From an uncultured Planctomycetota bacterium (GTDB taxonomy: Bacteria; Planctomycetota; Phycisphaerae; Tepidisphaerales; Tepidisphaeraceae), in contig CAWJEN010000006.1 of assembly GCA_963841915.1 (NCBI GenBank), forward strand, positions 1,664,001-1,728,000: a DNA stretch of 64,000 nt. The letters run 5' to 3'. The translations under genes and the position numbers were made by a program. A model generated the notes under the pieces. It made no database searches. It worked only from the letters and a program-made list of their open reading frames with translations, and was not told the DNA's origin. Shown piece by piece: positions 19,751-29,239 of the stretch (position 1 is the stretch's first letter; each line of letters opens with the position of its first letter).

Positions 19751-20458
19751 TCAGACGCCGGTGAGTCGAATGGCAGCGCCGTCGAGCACCTGTCCACCGA
19801 TCAGCAGGAATCCGTCGGCGTTGATACCCTCGACGGTTCCGCACCAAGTGTGCTCCCGCTCGACCACCATCACGCGTTTGCCGTTCCAGGCACAGTGCTC
19901 GTGGTATTCGTCGCACACGCTGCGGAACCCGGCTGCGGCAACGGTTGGATATGCACTTAGACGCCTGCCGAGGGCCTCAAGTATGGTGCCGCGACCGACG
20001 CTGGTGATGCATGCAGTTTTGCGGTCCGGGACGGGCGGCGCGCTCCCGACATTAATCCCGACGCCGATGAGGTCGTGCCCGTTGCGCCGCTCGCACAGCA
20101 GGCCGCACAGCTTGCCTTCACCGATCAGCAGGTCGTTAGGCCACTTGATGATCGTCTCCGGCTCAGCCTCCGCTAACGCCCGCCGAACGAGCACCGCGAC
20201 GATGAGCGACATGTGCTGAGGCGGCATAGGCGTCGCGTCGAAGATGAACGTCGCCGTCAACCCACCTGAGCTGATCCACGACTTGCCGCGCGTGCCCCGG
20301 CCTTGTAATTGCTCGGCCGCGACGACAACGCCCGGAACAGCTTTGACCCACTGTGCCGCCTCGTCACTCGTGCTGGCCGTCGCGTAGTGGTATTCGACGG
20401 CGTAGCCGGGTAACCGGGCACGGCAAGTCGCTTCGGTCAGTGGTTCAGCGCACGGCAT
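19751..20458 (-). CDS. birA: Biotin-[acetyl-CoA-carboxylase] ligase (no HTH)
   Basis: AEQLQGRGTRGKSW, IKWPNDLL, KLCGLLCE, IGVGIN. Confidence 0.9.
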   Translation of the reverse strand: MPCAEPLTEATCRARLPGYAVEYHYATASTSDEAAQWVKAVPGVVVAAEQLQGRGTRGKSWISSGGLTATFIFDATPMPPQHMSLIVAVLVRRALAEAEPETIIKWPNDLLIGEGKLCGLLCERRNGHDLIGVGINVGSAPPVPDRKTACITSVGRGTILEALGRRLSAYPTVAAAGFRSVCDEYHEHCAWNGKRVMVVEREHTWCGTVEGINADGFLLIGGQVLDGAAIRLTGV

Positions 20459-20502
20459 CTAATCGGACGTTTGTACAAGTCCTGGTGTTGGTGTGCCTGC
20501 CT

Positions 20503-20532
20503 TTGACACAGACGGCACAGAAGCGGTACGGT
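20503..20532 (+). promoter_or_regulatory. Candidate sigma70 promoter TTGACA-N18-TACGGT
   Basis: Perfect -35 hexamer upstream of the 20602 gene. Confidence 0.45.
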
Positions 20533-20601
20533 AGCCTTTCCTCCTCGCGTCAGGCCGCCAAGGGCCAGACCAACCCGCCGTCTCTAGCACGGGATCTTCT
20601 T

Positions 20602-20877
20602 ATGATTCAACTGCGTCTTCCACGCCTCGGCCGCCCGGCTCATTTTCTGCTCGCTGCCGCCTGCCTCGCGCCTGCCGCGTTCGTCGCCGGTGGTTGCGGC
20701 GGTGCCCGCGGCCCGGCAGCCGGTGAGTTCACCGCCACCCCGATCTTCTCCACGAAGGAGCGGTTCACCCGCATCGGTCGCAACATCGACATCGAGCTCA
20801 AGATGATGAACGATGACATCGACCGCGCCCTGCTCCTGCGGCCCGTCAGTGGCCTGACGGAGTGGAACGTCCCGTGA
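20602..20877 (+). CDS. Small hypothetical lipoprotein (91 aa)
   Basis: Signal peptide with lipobox VAGGC; amphipathic helix RIGRNIDIELKMMNDDIDRALL; strongly GC3-biased codons. Confidence 0.7.
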   Translation: MIQLRLPRLGRPAHFLLAAACLAPAAFVAGGCGGARGPAAGEFTATPIFSTKERFTRIGRNIDIELKMMNDDIDRALLLRPVSGLTEWNVP

Positions 20878-20902
20878 TTCTCCGCGTGACATGTCATGCA
20901 TG

Positions 20903-20956
20903 ACGAGACGTGAGGCGCAGATTCGGACGATGTCCGAACTGCGCCTCACATCTCGT
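20903..20956. terminator. Long (about 24 bp) imperfect hairpin between convergent genes
   Basis: ACGAGAcGTGAGGCGCAGaTTCGGAC-gat-GTCCGAACTGCGCCTCACaTCTCGT. Confidence 0.7.
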
Positions 20957-20972
20957 TGCGCTCTACCTGTCG

Positions 20973-22337
20973 CTATTCGTTCGGGATGCCGTCAAGCAGT
21001 GTCGGCACGATCTCGGCCAGCACGGAAGCCGGAATGGCGTACGTCTCGACGCGTCCTGCGCGGGCGATGTTGATGCCGACTACGCGGCCCTCAAGGTCGA
21101 CCACCGGCCCGCCCATTTGGTTGGCTGCGAGCACCGTGTCGTGCTGAATGACCTCGGGGAAGTCGCCGCTCCGCCGGTTGCGGGTCGAACCGCCAAGGGC
21201 ATTCTGCAACCGTGCCCGAAAGCTTCGACCGCTGTCACCGAGCTGAGTCGACGTGACGATGGGGCGACCCTCACGAAGGAGCTTGAGCTCAACGCGGTCG
21301 CCGGCCCTGTAACTTGCGAGCCGTTGGATCAGCGACTCGCCGTTGAAAATGTTCTCGCCCTCGACCTGCGTGATGAGGTCCATCGGCCGAATGCCGGCCT
21401 CGTCGGCCGGGGAGCCGGGTTGCGTCGCCCGCACCACCACGCCCGCGACTGCCTCGCCGACGCTAATGCCGAGCTGGCCGTCGCGGAGTCGTACCGGCAG
21501 CTCAACGATTTGGCCTTGACGGTTGACGGTCAGCACGAACAGCTCGCTCGGTCGATCGAAGCGAAGGCGATTGGTGAAGTCCTGTCGAGTGCCGACTGGC
21601 ACGCCGTCGCGGGCGACGATGAGGTCGCCGACCTCGATGCCCGCCGCCGCCGCCGCACCACCACGCGGCACGCGGACGATCGGGATACCACCGGCCCCGC
21701 TGGCCTGCATTTCAATGCCGAGCTTCAAGCCCGTTTCGGCGACAGCTCGCGTGCCGGTCATGCTCACGTTGCCGACGGCAACGGGTGAGGCGACTTCGCC
21801 ACCCGGGCCGTCAGCGTCGGCGTCGGCAGACAGCAGCCATGCACCCGCGGCCGGAGTTGACCCGCCCATGAACGTCAACACGTCCAGCTTCAGCGAACTC
21901 GGTAGATCAAGTTTCACCGTCGCCAGATCGTGCACCGGGTCCCGCTCAACAATCCGCCCGGCCGCTCGCACTGGGACGTTGCCCGGGACGGGCACAAGGG
22001 CAGACACCGTTTCATCGATCTCGCTGGCCTTGGTCAGCACGATGCCGTCCACCGACACCACGACTGCAAGTGCCGCGGGCTGCAGATTGCCGTCCTCGTC
22101 GAGCACGTTGAGTTGCAGCGTCGAATCAGCAGCATCGTCTGCCACAGCCGCTAGAGCTCGACGCAGCATGGCGTTGTCTTTGCTGACTCCCTTATCAGGT
22201 GCCGGATCGCCCCAAGGCATCTGGGCGAGCGCGGGCGTGGCCGCGACGACGGCGGCAGAGACGGCGAGCAGGCAAAGTCGATGGAGCACGAATTTCTGAC
22301 GCATGGGTACTACTGCAGGAATGAACGGCGACATCAC
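20973..22337 (-). CDS. HtrA-like pseudo-protease with two PDZ domains inserted in the trypsin fold
   Basis: Signal peptide; VLTKASE and AANQMGGPVVDLEGRVVGINI replace the catalytic His and Ser motifs; two PDZ (GDLIV, GSPADEAGIRPMD). Confidence 0.8.
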   Translation of the reverse strand: MMSPFIPAVVPMRQKFVLHRLCLLAVSAAVVAATPALAQMPWGDPAPDKGVSKDNAMLRRALAAVADDAADSTLQLNVLDEDGNLQPAALAVVVSVDGIVLTKASEIDETVSALVPVPGNVPVRAAGRIVERDPVHDLATVKLDLPSSLKLDVLTFMGGSTPAAGAWLLSADADADGPGGEVASPVAVGNVSMTGTRAVAETGLKLGIEMQASGAGGIPIVRVPRGGAAAAAGIEVGDLIVARDGVPVGTRQDFTNRLRFDRPSELFVLTVNRQGQIVELPVRLRDGQLGISVGEAVAGVVVRATQPGSPADEAGIRPMDLITQVEGENIFNGESLIQRLASYRAGDRVELKLLREGRPIVTSTQLGDSGRSFRARLQNALGGSTRNRRSGDFPEVIQHDTVLAANQMGGPVVDLEGRVVGINIARAGRVETYAIPASVLAEIVPTLLDGIPNE

Positions 22338-23905
22338 GGGCGATTCTGCGACGGCAGTTCGCTTCGCTCGATGAGGGTGATCAAAACGGTGCGGGTCTGA
22401 TTCTGCTCATTGGTGAAGGTGACGGAGATGCCGTCTCCGCCTCGGAGCGGCCGCATGAGGCGGATGAGCTCATCCCACGAGTTGACGCGTACGCCGCGAA
22501 TACCGTTAATAATGTGTCCTGGACGAAGGCCGGCTTCCCAGGCGGGTCCTCGCTGATCGACATCGCGGATGGCGACGCCGGGGCCGCCGTTTGCCATCGG
22601 CGAGCTGATTCCGAGAACCCCGCTGAACTGCGGGCCGTCTTGCCGGTTGCCCGATGGATCACCTTGCGGTTCGCCCGGTGCCAAGTCGAACTCCAACGAC
22701 TCGCCGCGGCGGTCGACGACGTAAGTCAGCGTGATGCCTTGGCGGAAGAGCGAGCGGCGGAGCAGCAGATCGGCCTCTGTTTCGATGTCGAAGCTGCCGA
22801 CGCGGAGAATGCGGTCGCCTTCTTCGATGCCTGCCTCGGCGGCAGGACTGCCTTCGACAACGGCATAGACGGTTGCTCCAGGCCGACCGTCGTCTGCCTT
22901 GAAGTCACCACCGCCGGTGCCGTCGCCGCTGTCAGGCCGGCCTCCGAGCTCGAGCCGGATGCCGTCGTCGGCCAGGTCGGGCATCATCCACTGGGGCAGA
23001 TTGAAGCCGCCTTCGTCGACGCCGTCGGCCAGCTTGTCCCAGTTCGTGACGAATTGGTCGATCGGTGCATGGACATTGCGGGCCATCGAGTCACCGATGC
23101 GACTGTGGATGCCGATGACGCGGCCGTCGAGGTCGAAGAGCGGCCCACCCGAGTCTCCACCGACGAGCGTGTTGTCCGTCTGCAGTAGCTCCTCGGTCGC
23201 CGCATTGACGCGACCGACGCGTACGACCGGCGGGCGTCCGACCTGATAACCGCCGGGGTGACCGGTGGCGACGGTCCAGGTGCCAATCTCGATGTCACCG
23301 CTCGTCGACATGAAAGCGAACGGCAGCGGCTCGGGTGCGTTGTCGTCGTCGATGACGGCCATGCCGATATCGAGTGAGCTGATGCGCCCGAGCGTGATGC
23401 CGTTGAGCGTAGTGCCATCGCTGAGAATGAACTGGCAGCGTCGCCCCGGCTCCCCGCTGACGTGGCCAGCGGTGAGGACGATGCCGCTTTCGCTGACGAT
23501 GACGCCGCTGCCTTGCCCGCCGCCGACCTGCAGACCGACGGTCGCCGGGACTGCGGTCAGGGCAACGTCGAGCGTGCGGGCCTCGAGCTCGAGCAATTCC
23601 TCGACGGTTCGTGGTGTATTCAACGGCCGCTCGCCGGAGGGCTGCACGGCAGGCATCGCGTAAACAGCAGTCGGGCTCTCCTGCAGCATTGCCACGGCTG
23701 CGAACTGAGGCCCGACGCTGACCGAGGCAGACACCAGCATGAGCGCCGCCGCCATGGGGACAGCCAGCGCGACAAGGCCGGCCGCCGCTCGACGTAGGCC
23801 GCACGACTGCCTGATACGGCCGTCGTCGTGAATAATAACGGCCTGCCCGTCGCTGCCGTCGTCGAAGGCGTGCCGCTTGGCGGTGCTGAGTCGCTTGATC
23901 CGCAT
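22334..23905 (-). CDS. HtrA/DegP-like S1C serine protease with two PDZ domains
   Basis: GSGVIV..LTAGHV, DIG, GGDSGGPLFDLDGRVIGIHS; start uncertain. Confidence 0.88.
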   Translation of the reverse strand: MRIKRLSTAKRHAFDDGSDGQAVIIHDDGRIRQSCGLRRAAAGLVALAVPMAAALMLVSASVSVGPQFAAVAMLQESPTAVYAMPAVQPSGERPLNTPRTVEELLELEARTLDVALTAVPATVGLQVGGGQGSGVIVSESGIVLTAGHVSGEPGRRCQFILSDGTTLNGITLGRISSLDIGMAVIDDDNAPEPLPFAFMSTSGDIEIGTWTVATGHPGGYQVGRPPVVRVGRVNAATEELLQTDNTLVGGDSGGPLFDLDGRVIGIHSRIGDSMARNVHAPIDQFVTNWDKLADGVDEGGFNLPQWMMPDLADDGIRLELGGRPDSGDGTGGGDFKADDGRPGATVYAVVEGSPAAEAGIEEGDRILRVGSFDIETEADLLLRRSLFRQGITLTYVVDRRGESLEFDLAPGEPQGDPSGNRQDGPQFSGVLGISSPMANGGPGVAIRDVDQRGPAWEAGLRPGHIINGIRGVRVNSWDELIRLMRPLRGGDGISVTFTNEQNQTRTVLITLIERSELPSQNRP

Positions 23906-24043
23906 GGTGTCACTATTACACACGAAACGGCCTCCGGGTTGCACGTCATAAACCGACGATCGATCTTCTGAACACCCAGCAGCCCTTCGGCGTATGTTTG
24001 GGTGTTGATGGTTGCCTCGTCTACTGCATCTAGTACCACCCGC

Positions 24044-25306
24044 ATGTTGCCGCGAGGCGTGGTGACACGTGAAGACGTCAGCTTCGACCGCGTTCGAGTA
24101 AAGCTTGCAGTCCTCGCCGACGCGGCGAAATACGACGCGTCGTGCTCCTCCTCCGGCGTCACCCGCAAGGGCCGCGATGACGGCCTGGGCAGTGCCAACG
24201 GCACAGGCATCTGTCACAGCTACACACCCGACGGCCGATGTGTGTCGCTGCTGAAGATTCTGCTGACGAACTTCTGCATCTACGACTGCCAGTACTGCGT
24301 TAACCGCGTCAGCTCTGACGTCGATCGACAGCGGTTTAGCGTCGAGGAAGTGGTCCAGCTTTGCCTCGAGTTCTATCGCCGCAACTACATCGAGGGACTG
24401 TTCCTCAGTAGCGGCATCATCAAGAGCGTCGACTACACGATGGAGCAGCTCATCGAGGTCGCCCGGCGGCTTCGCATCGAGCACAAGTTCCGCGGCTACA
24501 TCCACCTCAAGGCAGTGCCCAAGGCGTCGCCCGAATTGATGGCTCAGGCCGGCTTATACGCCGACCGTCTGAGTGCGAACATCGAGCTGCCGACGGATGA
24601 CGACCTCAAGCAGCTTGCCCCGGAGAAAACGCTTCGCGACGCCGACGACACGATGGACGACATCAAGATCGGCATCGAGGAGTCGAAGCAGGAGCGTCGC
24701 AAGAGCCGCAACGCTCCCGTCTTTGCCCCGGCCGGGCAGAGCACGCAGATGATCGTCGGCGCCACGCCCACGCCGGACCGCGAGATCATCAAGACGGCTG
24801 GCGGGCTCTACGGCAAGCACAATCTTCGACGCGTCTACTACACCGCGTTCAGCCCGATCCCGTTCGGCGATGCCCGCTTGCCGCTAATCAGCCCGCCCCT
24901 TGTTCGCGAGCACCGGCTATATCAGAGCGACTGGCTGATGCGGTTCTACGGCTTCCGGGCCGACGAAATTACGACCGAGGAGCAGCCGACCCTCGATCTG
25001 GAGATCGACCCGAAGCTTTCCTGGGCCCTTCGCAATCGCCAGTGGTTTCCGGTCGATGTCAACCGGGCGAGCAAGAGTCGCTTGCTCCGCGTGCCGGGCT
25101 TTGGCAAGCGGACCGTCGACCGCATTCTCCGCGTCCGCCGGCACCACGCGGTGCGGACGGACGATCTGCGTCGCCTGAACGTCTCGATGAAGAAGACCGG
25201 CCCGTGGGTTATTACCGCCGACGCGAATCCGAAGACGCGTCTGCTCGACGATGCCGACCTTCGGCAGAAGGTCGCTCCCGTTGATCGGCAGCTCTCGCTC
25301 TTCTGA
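24044..25306 (+). CDS. Putative DNA modification/repair radical SAM protein with HhH motif
   Basis: AKYDASCSSSG, GICHSYTPDGRCVSLLKILLTNFCIYDCQYC, PAGQSTQMIVGA, REHRLYQSDWLMRFYGF, C-terminal QLSLF. Confidence 0.92.
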   Translation: MLPRGVVTREDVSFDRVRVKLAVLADAAKYDASCSSSGVTRKGRDDGLGSANGTGICHSYTPDGRCVSLLKILLTNFCIYDCQYCVNRVSSDVDRQRFSVEEVVQLCLEFYRRNYIEGLFLSSGIIKSVDYTMEQLIEVARRLRIEHKFRGYIHLKAVPKASPELMAQAGLYADRLSANIELPTDDDLKQLAPEKTLRDADDTMDDIKIGIEESKQERRKSRNAPVFAPAGQSTQMIVGATPTPDREIIKTAGGLYGKHNLRRVYYTAFSPIPFGDARLPLISPPLVREHRLYQSDWLMRFYGFRADEITTEEQPTLDLEIDPKLSWALRNRQWFPVDVNRASKSRLLRVPGFGKRTVDRILRVRRHHAVRTDDLRRLNVSMKKTGPWVITADANPKTRLLDDADLRQKVAPVDRQLSLF

Positions 25307-25318
25307 TATCGCGTGGCG

Positions 25319-26251
25319 TCAAACAGGCGACGGATGACTCGCAGTCGACGCTCGCTCGATGCGGTCCCGCACGCCGCTCCAAGACGGCTCATCGGGCGGA
25401 AGCTCGATGGCGATGACGGAAGCACCCGACTGCTCCGCGGTTCGCAACGCGTCGTAGAGCCGGCGTGCACATTGCGCCGGCTCATCGGGCATTCGGAGAT
25501 CCGCCTGTTCACAGGTGCCGATGACGAAGGCGTTTGACAAAGGAGTCTCGCCACGTTCGAAGCGAATGCAAGGCAGCGTCGGCGCGTAGTGCCGCGGGAG
25601 GCGGCCGGGGCTTTGTGCTGATCCGCTGTCACTGCCGCCGCGGACCTGCACATCGCCCAGCACAGCCGCAAGTTGCTGGTGCGTCACATGGCCGGGCCGG
25701 AGGACAGTCGGCGTGTCTTGGGCCAGGCTGACCACCGTCGACTCGATGCCGACGTCGCACGGTCCGCCGTCGAGGACATGCACGCTGTCGCCGAATTCGT
25801 CGCGGACGTGGTCGGCGGTCGTGGGTGAGACGTGCTCGCTCTTGTTAGCACTCGGCATGGCGAGGCCGATGATGCCGCTGGCGTGCAGGCCGCGGAGAAC
25901 CTCCAGCGTCAGCTCATGCCTCGGCACGCGGAGGGCGACCGTTGGGCCGCCGGCGGTGACGATGGCAGAAACACTCGGCCCCTTCGGCAGCACAATCGTC
26001 AGCGGGCCTGGCCAAAATGCCTTGGCCAGGCGGTCCGCCGCGTCGGGCCAGGTCGCCGTCACACGCCGGGCCGCCTCGGCATCAGCCACATGCACGATCA
26101 GCGGATTCGTACTTGGCCTGCCCTTGATCTCAAATACACGTCGGACGGCAGCCTCGTTACTTGCGTCGGCGGCGAGGCCATAGACCGTCTCCGTCGGCAG
26201 CGCCACCACGCCGCCGGCAGCAAGTCGTCCAACTGCTTCGCTTTCGTTCAT
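25319..26251 (-). CDS. sua5: Threonylcarbamoyl-AMP synthase (Sua5-type)
   Basis: PTETVYGLAA, KGRPSTNPLIVH, FWPGPLT, PSAN, GIESTV, HYAP; C-terminal SUA5 domain. Confidence 0.93.
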   Translation of the reverse strand: MNESEAVGRLAAGGVVALPTETVYGLAADASNEAAVRRVFEIKGRPSTNPLIVHVADAEAARRVTATWPDAADRLAKAFWPGPLTIVLPKGPSVSAIVTAGGPTVALRVPRHELTLEVLRGLHASGIIGLAMPSANKSEHVSPTTADHVRDEFGDSVHVLDGGPCDVGIESTVVSLAQDTPTVLRPGHVTHQQLAAVLGDVQVRGGSDSGSAQSPGRLPRHYAPTLPCIRFERGETPLSNAFVIGTCEQADLRMPDEPAQCARRLYDALRTAEQSGASVIAIELPPDEPSWSGVRDRIERASTASHPSPV

Positions 26252-26544
26252 CAGCCGACAAACCCTTGCTGCTGGATCCAGCCTTGGAGCCACTGCACCG
26301 TCGCCGTCGGGTCACTGCTGACGATGAAGACTTCCTGGACGGTGCCGCTGATGAGCCAGAGGCACTTGACGCCGGTGTCAGTCGCGTACTGAACCGTCAG
26401 CTTGGCCGGCCCTGTGCCACGGCGGCGAGTAATGCGGCCGGGAACGATGCGTGAAACGGCCGGGCCAAGTTTGATGATCGCGTCGCACGCGTCGTCGAGT
26501 CCTCGGACCCGGCCGTGTTCGCGTTTGACCCTGCCGTACTTCAC
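26251..26544 (-). CDS. Small basic protein, DUF2103-like
   Basis: KREHGRVRGL..RIVPGRI..LTVQYATDTGVKC...VQEVFIV; TGATG overlap with sua5. Confidence 0.65.
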   Translation of the reverse strand: MKYGRVKREHGRVRGLDDACDAIIKLGPAVSRIVPGRITRRRGTGPAKLTVQYATDTGVKCLWLISGTVQEVFIVSSDPTATVQWLQGWIQQQGFVG

Positions 26545-26566
26545 ACCAGCACGCTACGGTCCCGCT

Positions 26567-27037
26567 ATGAGCACCCTCAACGTTGGCGACACCGCACCTG
26601 ACTTCGAACTTATGACCGACGACGAGTCGACCGTGAAGCTCAGCGACCACGCTGGTCAAACCGTCGTCCTGCTGTTCTACCCGATGGACTTCAGCGGCGT
26701 CTGCACGGCAGAGCACTGCACGTTCGGCAAGGAACTTCCGTCCATCAAAGCCGCCGGTGACGATGTGAAGGTGTACGGCATCAATTGCGACCACCCGTTC
26801 AGCCACCAGGCGTTCAAGAAGCAGAACGACATTCCGTACCCGCTACTGAGCGACGTCACCCGCGAGACGGTCAAGGCCTACGGCATGTTCGCCGGTGAAA
26901 AACCCTTCAATTGCTCCAGCCGTGGCACCGTCGTCATCGGGCCGGATGGCAAGGTCGTCGCCCATGAGCCGGTCGAGATTTTGACCGAACGCAAGGTCGA
27001 GGACCTCATCGCGATGGTCAAGAAGGCGAGCGCCTGA
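26567..27037 (+). CDS. Peroxiredoxin (AhpC/TSA family)
   Basis: GDTAPDFEL, FYPMDFSGVCTAE, YPLLSD. Confidence 0.9.
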   Translation: MSTLNVGDTAPDFELMTDDESTVKLSDHAGQTVVLLFYPMDFSGVCTAEHCTFGKELPSIKAAGDDVKVYGINCDHPFSHQAFKKQNDIPYPLLSDVTRETVKAYGMFAGEKPFNCSSRGTVVIGPDGKVVAHEPVEILTERKVEDLIAMVKKASA

Positions 27038-27040
27038 GCC

Positions 27041-28390
27041 ATGTCGGACGATATCGAGCAACCCGCAGAGCCGTGGCTGTTCTCGGGCACACCTGAGAAG
27101 CGGCTTGTGTTCTTCACCGACACGATGCGGGCGATCAGCCGCCACCGGGACCCGCAGCAACTCGTAGCCGACTACTACCGGCGGATGTATGCCGCGTTTC
27201 CGACGGACGGTTATCTGTCGCTGAGCCGCCGCCACCTGCCGCCGCCTCAGTACCGCGTCACTCGCAGCAGCCTGTGGGGCATCGATTTCAACCCGTGGAC
27301 GCAGGGCAGCCAGAAGCCCGTCCACGACCACGGCCTATTGGGCGAACTGCTGTACGCCGAGCAGCCGGTGATCATCGATGACCTGACCACGCGGCTAAGT
27401 GCTGACGATCCGGGCATGCCGTTCTTCGAGGGGCAGCGGTCGCTCCTGGCGGTGCCGATGTTCGATGAGGGCGAGGCAATCAACATGGTCGTCTTCCTGA
27501 GAAAGCAGGCCGACGCGTTCGAGAATAAGTACTTGCCGGACCAGGTTTGGGTCAGCAACCTGTTCGGCCGGGCGACGAACAACCTTGTCCTTCGGCAGCA
27601 AGTCGCCCGCACGAACAAGCGGCTGCAAAAGGAGATGGAGGCCGTCGGCCAGATCCAGCGGTCGCTGCTGCCCGAACGGCTGCCTGAGGTGCCCGGCATC
27701 AAGCTCGCCGCCTACTACGAGGCCAGCACGCAAGCGGGTGGCGACTACTATGACTTCTTCGAGCTGCCCAACGGCAAGCTCGGCATCCTGATGGCGGACG
27801 TCAGCGGTCACGGCACACCTGCCGCCGTGCTGATGGCCGTCGTGCACGCCATTGCACACGCCATCGAGGATCCGCCGCTCCCCGATCCCCCCGGTCGGCT
27901 GATGGCCCACCTCAATCGCCACCTGTGCGAGCGATACACGAAGAAGGGCGGCACCTTCGTCACCGCCTGGTATGGCGTGCTTGATCCCAAGACGCGGCTG
28001 CTCCGCTACGCCAACGCCGGTCACCCGACGCCGCGGCTCAAGCACGACAACACGCGTACTGACGGCAAAGCTGGCCAGGCGGTTCCACTCGGAGACGGTG
28101 CACGCGCCCGCAGCCTGCCGCTCGGCATCGACCCGCACGAGACCTTTCCCGACGACGAGACGACGCTCGAAGCGGGGGATGTGCTCATCGCATACACCGA
28201 TGGTTTCAGCGAGGCTCGCGGGCATGGCAGCCGGGAGATGTGGGGCACCGACGGGCTCGACGAAGCGCTGGTCGCGTGTCGCTGCTCGCCCAAGCCATTG
28301 CTCGAAGACCTTGTCGCCCGCTTGGCCGGCTACACCGGTGGCGAGCCAGCAGACGATGATCGGACGGCTGTCGTCGCAAAAATCGCTTGA
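27041..28390 (+). CDS. GAF-like + PP2C/SpoIIE Ser/Thr phosphatase
   Basis: IQRSLLP, GGDYYDF, ADVSGHG, NAGHP, YTDG, DDRT. Confidence 0.92.
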   Translation: MSDDIEQPAEPWLFSGTPEKRLVFFTDTMRAISRHRDPQQLVADYYRRMYAAFPTDGYLSLSRRHLPPPQYRVTRSSLWGIDFNPWTQGSQKPVHDHGLLGELLYAEQPVIIDDLTTRLSADDPGMPFFEGQRSLLAVPMFDEGEAINMVVFLRKQADAFENKYLPDQVWVSNLFGRATNNLVLRQQVARTNKRLQKEMEAVGQIQRSLLPERLPEVPGIKLAAYYEASTQAGGDYYDFFELPNGKLGILMADVSGHGTPAAVLMAVVHAIAHAIEDPPLPDPPGRLMAHLNRHLCERYTKKGGTFVTAWYGVLDPKTRLLRYANAGHPTPRLKHDNTRTDGKAGQAVPLGDGARARSLPLGIDPHETFPDDETTLEAGDVLIAYTDGFSEARGHGSREMWGTDGLDEALVACRCSPKPLLEDLVARLAGYTGGEPADDDRTAVVAKIA

Positions 28391-28403
28391 ATCTGAACAC
28401 CGT

Positions 28404-29171
28404 TCAGGTCGCGACTGCGAGTCGCGTTTCCATCGTCTCGACCGCTGCAAGCCACCTGGGCGCGATGTTCGGCCCACCGGGTAGCACCCGCTTGTTCAGC
28501 GTGCCGGCATGATCAACAGGCCAGTGATCGAGCACCTCGCCCCAACGGCTCGAGTGCTTGGAGACGAGGCCATCGTTTGCTCCTTCTTCGCGCTCGATGA
28601 TGCCGCCGCTGAAACGGAATAACGGGTTCATGGCGGCAACAGGCGCTGCCGTCGTGACGCTGAAATACCGCACCTCCGGCACGTCGCGTGTTGCAAGATT
28701 GAACCGCCTGGCCGCGTCGCGGGTGAGCGCCTGACCGGCATCGACGTCAAGTCCAAACTGCTGCAGACGGGTGTAAATGCCCGCCTGGTCCTGCAAATGT
28801 GTCATGCAGTAGTCGGCGAAGCTCGTGCCGCGATGCGGCGTGGCGACGGTGAGCAGCGCGTCGACGCCGTGCCTGCCGAGGTGTGTGAGCAGATGCCGAC
28901 AGTCGAGCCCACCCATGCTGTGACCGATCAGCAGGCAACGCTCTTTGTCGGCGACGTGTTCATCGAGAAAGCGTGCGATCTGCAGCGCCCGACGCTCGAT
29001 GCCAGCCAGCGGGTGCGTGGGCGGACACAGCACACGGTGGCCGTTCGTCTCGAGCAGTTCCTTGACGCCGTTGAAGTAACGAACACCCGGCAGGGCGAAC
29101 GGGCCGAACCCTTTGGCTGCGATGTCGAAGAAGCGGCCGAAGAAGCCCTGGCACAGCACGATTGTCGACAC
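28404..29171 (-). CDS. Triacylglycerol lipase-like alpha/beta hydrolase
   Basis: LIGHSMGGLDCR, TPHRGT, NDGLV, DH; start approximate. Confidence 0.85.
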   Translation of the reverse strand: MSTIVLCQGFFGRFFDIAAKGFGPFALPGVRYFNGVKELLETNGHRVLCPPTHPLAGIERRALQIARFLDEHVADKERCLLIGHSMGGLDCRHLLTHLGRHGVDALLTVATPHRGTSFADYCMTHLQDQAGIYTRLQQFGLDVDAGQALTRDAARRFNLATRDVPEVRYFSVTTAAPVAAMNPLFRFSGGIIEREEGANDGLVSKHSSRWGEVLDHWPVDHAGTLNKRVLPGGPNIAPRWLAAVETMETRLAVAT

Positions 29172-29239
29172 GACGGGAGCGTATGACGCGTCCGTTGCTC
29201 CCGAGCGGCCGATGCCGTCGCGGCTGCTATCGTGCGGAC

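Noticed and set aside
23906..24505. 200-aa N-terminal extension of the HtrA ORF
   Set aside because: Antisense to the radical SAM gene and its promoter region.
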